Assembly (NCBI GenBank): GCA_964392345.1
Contig: CAYMPQ010000004.1
Coordinates: 1-44,400 of the forward strand
Direction of reading: 5' to 3'
DNA length: 44,400 nucleotides
Origin: an uncultured Actinomycetota bacterium
GTDB lineage: Bacteria; Actinomycetota; Humimicrobiia; Humimicrobiales; Humimicrobiaceae
The position numbers and the translations under genes were made by a program. The number at the start of each line of letters is the position of its first letter. Positions within the stretch are counted from its first letter, which is position 1. Below the pieces are notes generated by a model. That model saw only the letters and a list, made by a program, of their open reading frames with translations, did not search any database and was not told the origin of the DNA. This document shows positions 9,994 to 17,750 of the stretch, in pieces.

Positions 9994-10040
9994 CCTGTTT
10001 CCAATTTTTTAATTATGTTTTTGTGTTTTTGTATAATTAT

Positions 10041-10069
10041 ATATTAGCTCAAATTTTACTGTTATGCAA
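10041..10069 (-). promoter_or_regulatory. Putative sigma70 promoter of the comEA operon
   Basis: Minus strand TTGCAT (10069-10064), 17 nt, TAATAT (10046-10041). Confidence 0.45.
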
Positions 10070-10120
10070 GATAAAGTTTTTGTTTCCTGTCTTTTGCTCA
10101 AGGTATTTTTCATTTGTTAA

Positions 10121-10737
10121 ATGCACAAGAGACTTAAACCACAAATTCCTACGACAAAGATTGTAGCTACAATAACTGTTATGCATTTTACCAATCTGGG
10201 GTCCCTAAACAGCTTATCTCAAACGATATCACTTAATAATTTAAAAAAGAAAATTCCATCGGTTTCAACTATTACAAGGGTCACTGACAATATGGACATA
10301 GAGGAGACAAGAGGCGTAGGTATAGAAATTTACGCAAAGGATGGCAAGAGTTTTGAAGATAAGCTGAACAGGGCAAATTGGATGTGGACCTGCAAATCTG
10401 CCCTGTCCCGAATCAGAATATTTGGTTAATTTAAAAAATACTATACGTGTCTGCCATTCAAGGTGGCAGATTGAAAATCAATGTTGCAGGTGAAACGGTA
10501 AATACATGGAATGCAGATCATATATACAGACACAGCAGTAATGCAATAATAGTATTTCTGCTGCTGCTCTTTACCTGTGTGAATATCTTCAATATCTTCC
10601 GCATAAGAAATATTAAAGACAAGAGAGTAAAGACAAAGATCTACTTAATAGATTTGATAAAGGCAGGATTTCACACTACCCGTAATCCTCTTCCACTGGT
10701 TCCATCAATTGCAACAATTCCACCAATTCCGATATAA
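10121..10737 (+). pseudogene. Degraded DDE (IS4-superfamily-like) transposase with a large internal deletion and frameshifts
   Basis: N-terminal KRLKPQIPT...LGSLNSLSQ...PSVSTITRV joined to C-terminal NWMW / NLP...IRVCHSRWQIENQC (10455-10478, different frame) / ETVNTWNADHIYRHSSNAIIVFLLLLF. RWxIEN is the motif carrying the final catalytic Glu. Confidence 0.75.
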
Positions 10738-10967
10738 CACCCCTTTCGTCTTAGTATTTTAAAAAACCAACCACACAATTGCCTCAATACTATCATAGAT
10801 GAAGATATTTTAGGCACCCCAAAACACAAAAATCAGTAGAATTTTTACTCTTAAAACCTTGATTTGGAAAATGGTCCAGAAATTAATATTAAAATGATCC
10901 CAATTTAGCAGGTATTTGGAGTAAAATAGGGGAAAGATGATTAATCCCTGATACAAGGGGAAAACGC

Positions 10968-11019
10968 TTGAAAGATCCTAGATTTATGATAATATTTAAT
11001 AGTGTAATACTATGTAATA
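10968..11019 (+). promoter_or_regulatory. Promoter and likely autorepression operator of the first toxin-antitoxin operon
   Basis: TTGAAA (10968), 16 nt, extended -10 TGnTAATAT (10987-10995); TGTAATA direct repeats at 11003 and 11013, one helical turn apart. Confidence 0.55.
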
Positions 11020-11033
11020 ACGAATTATAGGTG

Positions 11034-11288
11034 ATGAGTTTGAGTAGAAAAAGTAAAGTATTGAGTCTGTCTGTACCTCCAGAAATAGCTCAGGAATTGG
11101 ATAACATGGCTAAAACTGAAGACAAGAGCCGGAGTGAGCTATTTAAGGATATGTTTAAGACCTATAAAGAGTCTCTTGCTGAAAGAGAATGGAGAGACCT
11201 CTTTAGTTTTGGGAAAGAAACAGCAAAAAGATTCAGAATAAAAGATGAAGAAGAACTCTATAAAATCTTAAACGAAGAAGGGTCTTAA
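11034..11288 (+). CDS. CopG/ribbon-helix-helix antitoxin
   Basis: KVLSLSVPPEIAQELDNMAKTEDKSRSELFKDMF has the RHH pattern; directly upstream of a PIN gene. The start may be GTG 11031 or TTG 11040. Confidence 0.85.
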   Translation: MSLSRKSKVLSLSVPPEIAQELDNMAKTEDKSRSELFKDMFKTYKESLAEREWRDLFSFGKETAKRFRIKDEEELYKILNEEGS

Positions 11289-11296
11289 ATAATTTA

Positions 11297-11698
11297 ATGC
11301 TGAGGATCGTTTTTGATTCAAATGTATATATTTCTGCGCTTCTTTTTAAAGGTATACCCGGAAAGATTCTGGATATGGCTTTGAAAAATGAAATAATCCT
11401 GATCACATCAGCTGAAATAATCACAGAAACAGTAAGAATATTAAGGGAAAAGTTTAAATGGCCTGAACATAACATAGATAAATTCGTGAGGAGGCTATCG
11501 GATATTAGTGAAAATATAAGACCAGGTATTAAGTTTAATGTTATAAAAGAAAGGGAATCTGATAATAGGATCCTTGAATGTGCTGTTTCTGGAGATGCTA
11601 GTTTAATAGTATCTGGTGATAGGCATCTTCTAAAACTAAAAAAGTATAAAAACATTCCAATAGTCAGGCCCAGGTATTTGACTTATTTAATAAAATAG
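11297..11698 (+). CDS. PIN-domain putative toxin (PIN_3 type)
   Basis: RIVFDSNVYISALL...EIITE...DNRILECAVSGDASLIVSGDRHLL; 133 aa. Confidence 0.92.
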   Translation: MLRIVFDSNVYISALLFKGIPGKILDMALKNEIILITSAEIITETVRILREKFKWPEHNIDKFVRRLSDISENIRPGIKFNVIKERESDNRILECAVSGDASLIVSGDRHLLKLKKYKNIPIVRPRYLTYLIK

Positions 11699-11729
11699 GA
11701 ATGATTATAATTCTTTTTGAAATTATGAA

Positions 11730-11900
11730 TCAATGACTTCTGGCAATGTCCTTGACCTTTATTAGTCTGACTGTTCCGGCCCTTTCATTCTCATCCAGCT
11801 TCATGATGATGAATTTGATGGTCTTCTGAAGGTCGGGGATCAGTTTGTGCTCCAGGGTGTTTATCCTTCTTCTGGTCTCTTCGATCTCGGTGGCTATAAG
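11730..11900 (-). pseudogene. C-terminal fragment of V/A-type ATP synthase subunit D
   Basis: Hand translation [56 protein letters not shown] matches the subunit D hallmark EIxxTRRRVNALE...IP...I..KL.E.ER...RL.KVK. No start codon; in-frame TAG at 11903-11901. Confidence 0.85.
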
Positions 11901-11920
11901 CTATACCGCTATTTAATTAT

Positions 11921-12127
11921 TTATAATAAGGACCTGTTCAGGCCCCCGGGATTTTCATTTTCTATGATATGGAACTGGAGCTGGCTCTCTTGTTTTTTAA
12001 GCCTCCCCCTCGTTGCGTTGCTGTAGAATCCGTAATAACGGACAGTCTGCCCTGACCTCCCATATACCGGACAGGGGAGGGCTGCCATCCATTCAAGGGA
12101 GCTAAACTCTTTTACCTCCTTGATTAA
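11921..12127 (-). mobile_element. Internal fragment of an IS91-family (Y2_Tnp) transposase
   Basis: KEFSSLEWMAAL-[inverted segment]-GQTVRYYGFYSNATRGRLKK matches the F..LEW.A.L..HIP....VRYYG.YSN..RG motif of IS91-type transposases. 35 of 60 bases are G+C at 12001-12060. Confidence 0.82.
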
Positions 12128-12142
12128 CTAGGAGCCGGTACA

Positions 12143-12406
12143 ATGCTGGTGGGAAGTGAACACGTAAAGAAATTGATAGTTTCTTATCAGAGAGAAAAGG
12201 CAATCCTTGCCAAACATCTCTTAACCAAGAAGAAACTAAAATTAAAAGTGGATAGATTTAAAAATCCAAAATATAAGGATCTTTCTTTGGGACCAAAATT
12301 AATGTATTCAATTTTAAGAGACAGGCTGGATATGTCTATTAAAAACAACTGGAAAGATAAAGATAGGTGTGAGATCTGTTATAAGAAATACAATAGTGTC
12401 AATTGA
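12143..12406 (+). pseudogene. Chimeric remnant ORF: possible CoA-transferase alpha fragment fused to a RepA_N replication initiator fragment (12257-12364)
   Basis: FKNPKYKDLSLGPKLMYSILRDRLDMSIKNNWKDKD fits RepA_N (Y..LS..AK..Y..L.DR..LS.KN.W.D). The preceding VKKLIVSYQREKA resembles IKKMISSYVGENA of CoA-transferases, which is weaker. Confidence 0.65.
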
Positions 12407-12431
12407 CATACAAACATGCATATGTTACTTT
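12397..12431 (+). promoter_or_regulatory. Promoter for the PfpI gene with overlapping palindromes
   Basis: TTGACA (12403), 17 nt, extended -10 TGnTACTTT; perfect palindrome TGTCAATTGACA (12397-12408) and AACAT-N4-ATGTT (12413-12426). Confidence 0.55.
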
Positions 12432-12508
12432 TGGCAAAGCTGAGTGATAGTGCTAAATTATGAAAACAGAACTGCAAAGAACCATAATTTTGAAAGAAGG
12501 AGAGGGCC

Positions 12509-13033
12509 GTGGCCAAAAAAATATTACTACTTATAGAAGATGAATTTAGGGATGAGGAAGCAGTCTATCCATATTACAGGTTTATAGAAGCAGGCTATGA
12601 CGTTAAAATCGTAGGGCCTGAAATGGGTAAGGAATATAAAGGAAAATTTGGTCTTACAATGAAATCAGATATTGCAGCCTCAGGAATTTATATGGGTGAT
12701 GTAGCAGCAGTTATCATACCCGGAGGCAATGCACCGGATAAAATGAGAGTTTCCAGAAGTATGGTAAATCTGGTTAAGGATGCTTCTGGTCAGCATAAAA
12801 TAATTGCAGCTATCTGCCATGGGGGGCAGCTACTTGTAGAAGCAGATGTAGTAAGAGGCAAAAAAGTTACCGGTTACAAAGCAATCGCAACTGACCTTAA
12901 GAATGCAGGAGGCAAGTATGTAGACGAAGAAGTTGTGGTAGATGGGAACCTTGTTACCTCAAGGATCCCTGACGACCTTCCAGCATTTTGCAGGACTACA
13001 CTGGAATTAATAAAGACTTACAATAGAGAATAA
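12509..13033 (+). CDS. DJ-1/PfpI-family protein (type 1 glutamine amidotransferase-like protease/deglycase)
   Basis: EFRDEEAVYP, IIPGGNAPDKMR, AAICHGGQLL nucleophile elbow and VDGNLVTSRIPDDLPAF; AAGGAG SD before GTG. Confidence 0.93.
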   Translation: MAKKILLLIEDEFRDEEAVYPYYRFIEAGYDVKIVGPEMGKEYKGKFGLTMKSDIAASGIYMGDVAAVIIPGGNAPDKMRVSRSMVNLVKDASGQHKIIAAICHGGQLLVEADVVRGKKVTGYKAIATDLKNAGGKYVDEEVVVDGNLVTSRIPDDLPAFCRTTLELIKTYNRE

Positions 13034-13045
13034 CATATTTTTCTT

Positions 13046-15553
13046 TTAGCCTTTAACCACAATATTTACAAGTTTATTGGGTATTACTATTTTTTTAATA
13101 ATTTCCCTATTGCCTATAAATTTTTTTATTCGTTCAGAATTAAGAGCGTAACCTTCAATTACTTCAGCAGAAATACCTGCTGGTAAGTTCTTTTTATCAC
13201 GAATTTTCCCATTCACCTGAAAAACTATTGTTATCAGTTCTTCTTTGGCAATTTCTTCATCATGCTCTGGCCATGGTACCTTGTGAATGCTCCCTTTGTT
13301 TCCCATTCTTGACCAGAGCTCTTCAGTTATAAAAGGAGCTATGGGAGAAAGCAAAATCAATAATTTTTCAGTTAATTCCTTAAGCAGGGCTATATTTTTC
13401 TTATTGTCTTCTACCTCTTCATGGTATTTATACATTAAATTCACAAGCTCCATAATAGAGCTTATAGCAGTATTAAAATTAAATCTGTCAAGTACATCAC
13501 CGGTGACTTTCTTTATGGTTTGGTGCAGTTTCCTATATAATTCTTTTTCCAGCTTGTTCAAGTTCCCGCTTATATCACCGCGCTCTCCAGTGGTACCAAT
13601 TAGTCTTGTATTATCAATTACTAATCTGCGCAGCCTGTTCAAAAACCTGTTTGCACCCTCTGCTCCGCTATCACTCCAATCAACAAGGCTGCCGGCAGGC
13701 CCCATAAAAAGTATGTACAGCCTTAACGTGTCAGCACCATACTTATCATAAATCTCTGATGGATCAACAATATTGCCCCTTGATTTTGACATTTTCTGTC
13801 CATTCAAATTTACTACCCCATGTGGAAAATATTTTGTAAAAGGCTCCTTAAACTTTATGAGCCCGCTGTCATATAAAACTTTATTAAAAAATCTTGAATA
13901 TATGAGATGCATTGTTGCATGCTCTATACCGCCAATATATTGATCAACCGGCATCCAGTAATCTACTTTACTGCTGTCAAAGGCTCCATCACTGTAATGC
14001 GGACTGCAGTACCTTAAGAAATACCATGATGAACAAACAAAGGTATCCATGGTATCTGTTTCCCTTTTTGCTTTTCTGCCACATTTTGGGCAAGTTGTAT
14101 TAACAAACTCTTTGCAATAAGCAAGCGGTGAAAGGCCGGTTGGCTTAAAATCCACATCATAAGGAAGCAGTACAGGCAAACTTTCCTCTGGCACCGGAAC
14201 AATGCCGCAGCTGTCACAGTAGATAATTGGTATTGGGGCACCCCAATACCTCTGCCTTGAAATTAACCAGTCTCTTAGCTTGTAACTGACGCCGGACTTG
14301 CCAATCCCTTTTTCTTCAAGATAAAAAATAATTTTTTCCTTGCCTTTGCCTGAATTGATTCCGCTAAAAATTCCAGAATTTACCATTATTCCTTCGCCTG
14401 CATACGCACACTTTAACTTTTCGTGGACTTTCCCATCCGGAGATATAACTTCCCTTACAGGAATGCCGTACTTGGAAGCAAACTCATAATCCCTCTCATC
14501 ATGTGCCGGAACAGCCATTACTGCACCTGTTCCATATTCCAGTAAAACATAGTTAGCAATCCATACCGGAATCTTTTCGCCATTTATTGGATTTACAACA
14601 TACCTCCCGGTAAAACAGCCAATTTTTTCTACTTCAGCAGATCCCCTTTCCATATCGCTCTGGCCCAGTATCCTGCTTCTTACCTTATTTATTTCTTCTT
14701 TATGCTTGTCACCTATAACTATTTTGTCCACAAGCGGGTGCTCGGGAGCAATAATAAAAAATGTAGCACCGTATAAGGTATCCGGCCTTGTAGTAAATAC
14801 AGGTATGGTAATATCTTCAGCAGAATCAGCAAGCTTAAATTTAACCTCAGCGCCTTCGCTCCTCCCAATCCAGTTCTTCTGAATGGTAAGAACCCTTTCG
14901 GGCCATCCTTCAAGAAGCTCCATATCATCTAAAAGCCTCTGAGCATATTTTGTAATTTTAAAAAACCACTGTGAAAGAGTTCTTTTTGTAACAACACTGT
15001 CACATCTTTCACACTTTCCTGAAATTACCTGTTCGTTTGCAAGCACTGTCTGGCATGAACTGCACCAATTAACAGGCGCTTCTTTTTTTTCTGCGAGCCC
15101 CATCCTGTAAAACAGGAGGAAAAACCATTGTGTCCACTTGTAATAATCAGGGCTTGAAGTAATTATTTCATCTTCAAACTCGTAACTCATCCCCATCCGT
15201 TTGAGTGCTTTTCTCATTTTGTCTATGTTGGCCTCGGTGTTATCCTTTGGATGTGTTTTACTTTTAATAGCTGCATTTTCTGCAGGCAACCCAAAAGAAT
15301 CATACCCAATAGGATGAAGCACGCTGTATCCTTTTCTTGCAATTATCCTTGCTATAACATCTCCAATGGTATAATTTCTGGCATGCCCCATATGCGGTTT
15401 GCCTGAAGGATACGGAAACATCTCTAAAACATAATATTTGGGCTTGTCATAATTAGATTTAAGCGAATATATTTTTTCTTTGTCCCATATTTTTATCCAC
15501 TTTTTTTCTATAGCCAGAGGGTCATAGACCTCGACTTCTGTCGTCTTCCCCAA
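13046..15553 (-). CDS. leuS: Leucine--tRNA ligase
   Basis: LEMFPYPSGKPHMGH, FTTRPDT, GTGAVMAVPAHD, DWLISRQRYWG and KMSKS. Confidence 0.98.
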   Translation of the reverse strand: MGKTTEVEVYDPLAIEKKWIKIWDKEKIYSLKSNYDKPKYYVLEMFPYPSGKPHMGHARNYTIGDVIARIIARKGYSVLHPIGYDSFGLPAENAAIKSKTHPKDNTEANIDKMRKALKRMGMSYEFEDEIITSSPDYYKWTQWFFLLFYRMGLAEKKEAPVNWCSSCQTVLANEQVISGKCERCDSVVTKRTLSQWFFKITKYAQRLLDDMELLEGWPERVLTIQKNWIGRSEGAEVKFKLADSAEDITIPVFTTRPDTLYGATFFIIAPEHPLVDKIVIGDKHKEEINKVRSRILGQSDMERGSAEVEKIGCFTGRYVVNPINGEKIPVWIANYVLLEYGTGAVMAVPAHDERDYEFASKYGIPVREVISPDGKVHEKLKCAYAGEGIMVNSGIFSGINSGKGKEKIIFYLEEKGIGKSGVSYKLRDWLISRQRYWGAPIPIIYCDSCGIVPVPEESLPVLLPYDVDFKPTGLSPLAYCKEFVNTTCPKCGRKAKRETDTMDTFVCSSWYFLRYCSPHYSDGAFDSSKVDYWMPVDQYIGGIEHATMHLIYSRFFNKVLYDSGLIKFKEPFTKYFPHGVVNLNGQKMSKSRGNIVDPSEIYDKYGADTLRLYILFMGPAGSLVDWSDSGAEGANRFLNRLRRLVIDNTRLIGTTGERGDISGNLNKLEKELYRKLHQTIKKVTGDVLDRFNFNTAISSIMELVNLMYKYHEEVEDNKKNIALLKELTEKLLILLSPIAPFITEELWSRMGNKGSIHKVPWPEHDEEIAKEELITIVFQVNGKIRDKKNLPAGISAEVIEGYALNSERIKKFIGNREIIKKIVIPNKLVNIVVKG

Positions 15554-15588
15554 AATTTGTCCTCCCTACAACAAAGCTCTCTTTAGTT

Positions 15589-15990
15589 TTAGTTCCATTT
15601 TATTACTTTAGAGTCTCTCCATAATCTTTCAAGATTATAATATGACCTGTACTCATCTGTAAAAATATGTACAACGAAGCTATCATAATCCAGGAGTATC
15701 CAGTTACCCTCTTCTACACCGCTTTTATTTATAAGGTATGTATTGAACTTCTTAAGTCCTGAAATTATCTCTTCTCCTATCCTTTTTGTAAGCCTTGTAT
15801 TGCTTGCACCTATAATAACGAAATAATCAGTAATAATGAGCCTGGATTCCATATCCAGAATTTTAATATAGTTTGCCTTCTTTTCGTCTGCTATTTTAGC
15901 TATAAACTTCACTGCTTCTAAATTATTTTTAAAACTTAATTTTATCTTTTTATTTTCTTTTATTTTTCCCTCATTTCTTTGTATAGTCAC
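15589..15990 (-). CDS. rsfS: Ribosome silencing factor RsfS
   Basis: EKKANYIKILD...ITDYFVI...WILLDY...VHIF...RSYYNLERLW. Start codon uncertain. Confidence 0.94.
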   Translation of the reverse strand: MTIQRNEGKIKENKKIKLSFKNNLEAVKFIAKIADEKKANYIKILDMESRLIITDYFVIIGASNTRLTKRIGEEIISGLKKFNTYLINKSGVEEGNWILLDYDSFVVHIFTDEYRSYYNLERLWRDSKVIKWN

Positions 15991-17749
15991 TCCCCAAAAT
16001 TATAGTGATATCAACATTGTCAGCATTATCCTGTGAACTCTTTATGACGCCAGCACCAAGAAATTCCTGTATTTGCCGGGCCAGCTCTTCCACTCCCTCT
16101 CTGGAAGTAAAGTAAATTATTTCAGTCTGCGTATAACCCCAATTATCAGCATCTTTGGTTTCCGCTACTTCTAAAACTTTCTCCTGCGCATTAAAGTGTT
16201 CACCAATTAGTCCAGCAACAGTTGCGGCGAGTTTGCTTGTCCCCTCTCCATTTAATACATTTATTTTTATCGTTTCATCCGGTACCTCAGATTCTTCACC
16301 CTCCATGAGTTCGTAGTTATAATCGCGGCCCAACACAATTATAATGTCTGACTCTGCTTCAACTCCTTCCCTTACAGATATATCTCCAACTTTTAGCACA
16401 TTCTTTATGTTCTCTGCTGCGGCCATCACATATGCTTCACCTGAATTAACTATAATTTCTGTAGTATTATAATTAAAATTATCTGCGTTTCCTGTTTTGA
16501 CAATACTGTATTTATCTTTGCCATCCTCATATTTTAAATTCATTAAAATTTCAGAAACACTGTTAGCAAGACCGGGTGTCCCGGCACCATTTAGTACAAC
16601 TAAACTGACAGTCTCACCGGTAACGGTTTCCTTTTCTTCTACTGTTTCTTCCTGTGCGAATATTTCAGAAACACGCGATATATCGGGAACATAGAATATG
16701 CTTCCTTCCAGTTCCACAGATGTAACGTCCAAAGCAAAAGACTTACTCTTTTCCGCTTCTATCTCAGAAAAGGTTGCTATTGATTTATATAATTCTTCAT
16801 CGCTCAGGTCGGTGTCAATATAATTTTTAACTAAAGCTAAATTAGATGATAAATCTTTCTCATTTTCTCCAGCAATTTCTTTTATTATGGAGTTAATAAT
16901 TAATCTTTGTTTTAAAATATTTTCTATTGGAACATCGCCTCTAATACCACTAAAATACAGGAGGAAATTTACAGCTGTTTTTCCATTGATTAAATTTACT
17001 CCCTGTTTTAGCTCTTCCTCTGAATTATCACTCCCTTTTATGACAACAGGCTCATCAAGTTTAATTTCTATCCCATCTAATTTATTTACGACAGTATAGA
17101 CATCAATAAGCATATGGTGGTCTGCTCCCATGCCTAATCCATTCTCTAAAGTCAGGCGCATCAGGTCCATTCCTCCATATTTTACGGACTGGTCCACACT
17201 TTCCAGCCCGAACCCTGGAATTTCCATTAAAGTCTTCGTCGGTATGTGCAAAGAAATTAACTCTTTTCTGCTGCTATTATAATTTGTAAATAAAATAGAA
17301 TTTATTTCCGGCTCCAGTAAATTTTCCCTCGCACCTGCAATCACGATATTTACATCATACTCCAGCTGAAGCAGCTGTGGTATGGTAATGCTTTCCTCTT
17401 CAGATATTTCACCTCTTGAAAAATATTTATTTTTTATAAACCTATACCCAAACACAATCCCTACCGCTACCAGTGTCAATATAGCCATTATCAAAATGGT
17501 AGACAATATCAGTCTTTTCCTTTTGCGGCGCTCTTTTATTCTTTTAATACGGTAGCCTTCGCCTGCGTGATCTTCTTTGTCGTAATCCACAAACTCAAAA
17601 TCATCATCTTTGAAAAAATCATCTCCAGGATTTTTGTCATCCCTGCCTCTATCATTATAGCTTTCATCCTCATGATAATTTTCTTCTTTTTTATAATCTT
17701 CTTCCTCGTAACCGGAATTGCCATTAAAATTTTTATCTTCTGGTGACAT
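15971..17749 (-). CDS. LCP (LytR-CpsA-Psr) family protein with degenerate catalytic domain and two LytR_C domains
   Basis: Acidic N-terminal tail, one TM, an LCP-like core (LHIPTKTLMEIPGFG...KYGG...VNKLDGIEI...GVNLING), then two repeats of VLNG.GT..LA...AD.....T.I...DI.I.LG.DY. ATG 17749 follows GGAGGT. Confidence 0.85.
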   Translation of the reverse strand: MSPEDKNFNGNSGYEEEDYKKEENYHEDESYNDRGRDDKNPGDDFFKDDDFEFVDYDKEDHAGEGYRIKRIKERRKRKRLILSTILIMAILTLVAVGIVFGYRFIKNKYFSRGEISEEESITIPQLLQLEYDVNIVIAGARENLLEPEINSILFTNYNSSRKELISLHIPTKTLMEIPGFGLESVDQSVKYGGMDLMRLTLENGLGMGADHHMLIDVYTVVNKLDGIEIKLDEPVVIKGSDNSEEELKQGVNLINGKTAVNFLLYFSGIRGDVPIENILKQRLIINSIIKEIAGENEKDLSSNLALVKNYIDTDLSDEELYKSIATFSEIEAEKSKSFALDVTSVELEGSIFYVPDISRVSEIFAQEETVEEKETVTGETVSLVVLNGAGTPGLANSVSEILMNLKYEDGKDKYSIVKTGNADNFNYNTTEIIVNSGEAYVMAAAENIKNVLKVGDISVREGVEAESDIIIVLGRDYNYELMEGEESEVPDETIKINVLNGEGTSKLAATVAGLIGEHFNAQEKVLEVAETKDADNWGYTQTEIIYFTSREGVEELARQIQEFLGAGVIKSSQDNADNVDITIILGSDYTKK

Positions 17750-17750
17750 A

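Noticed and set aside
10051-10844. AAATTTTACTG / CAGTAGAATTT as terminal inverted repeats of the DDE relic
   Set aside because: Only 10 of 11 AT-rich bases match, there is no target duplication, and the left copy sits in the comEA promoter spacer.
10858-10925. Possible extra gene scrap (LDLENGPEINIKMIPI)
   Set aside because: Too short to assign to any family by eye.
11730-12406. CRISPR array or integron cassette array as the explanation for the scrap mosaic
   Set aside because: No repeated sequence at the junctions, no attC-like RYYYAAC...GTTRRRY palindromes, and no cas or integrase gene.
12431-12543. c-di-GMP riboswitch-like GGCAAA/GCAAAG words and a short ORF MKTELQRTIILKEGEG in the PfpI leader
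   Set aside because: The required stems are missing, and the short ORF has no SD and is explained by the PfpI ribosome-binding sequence.
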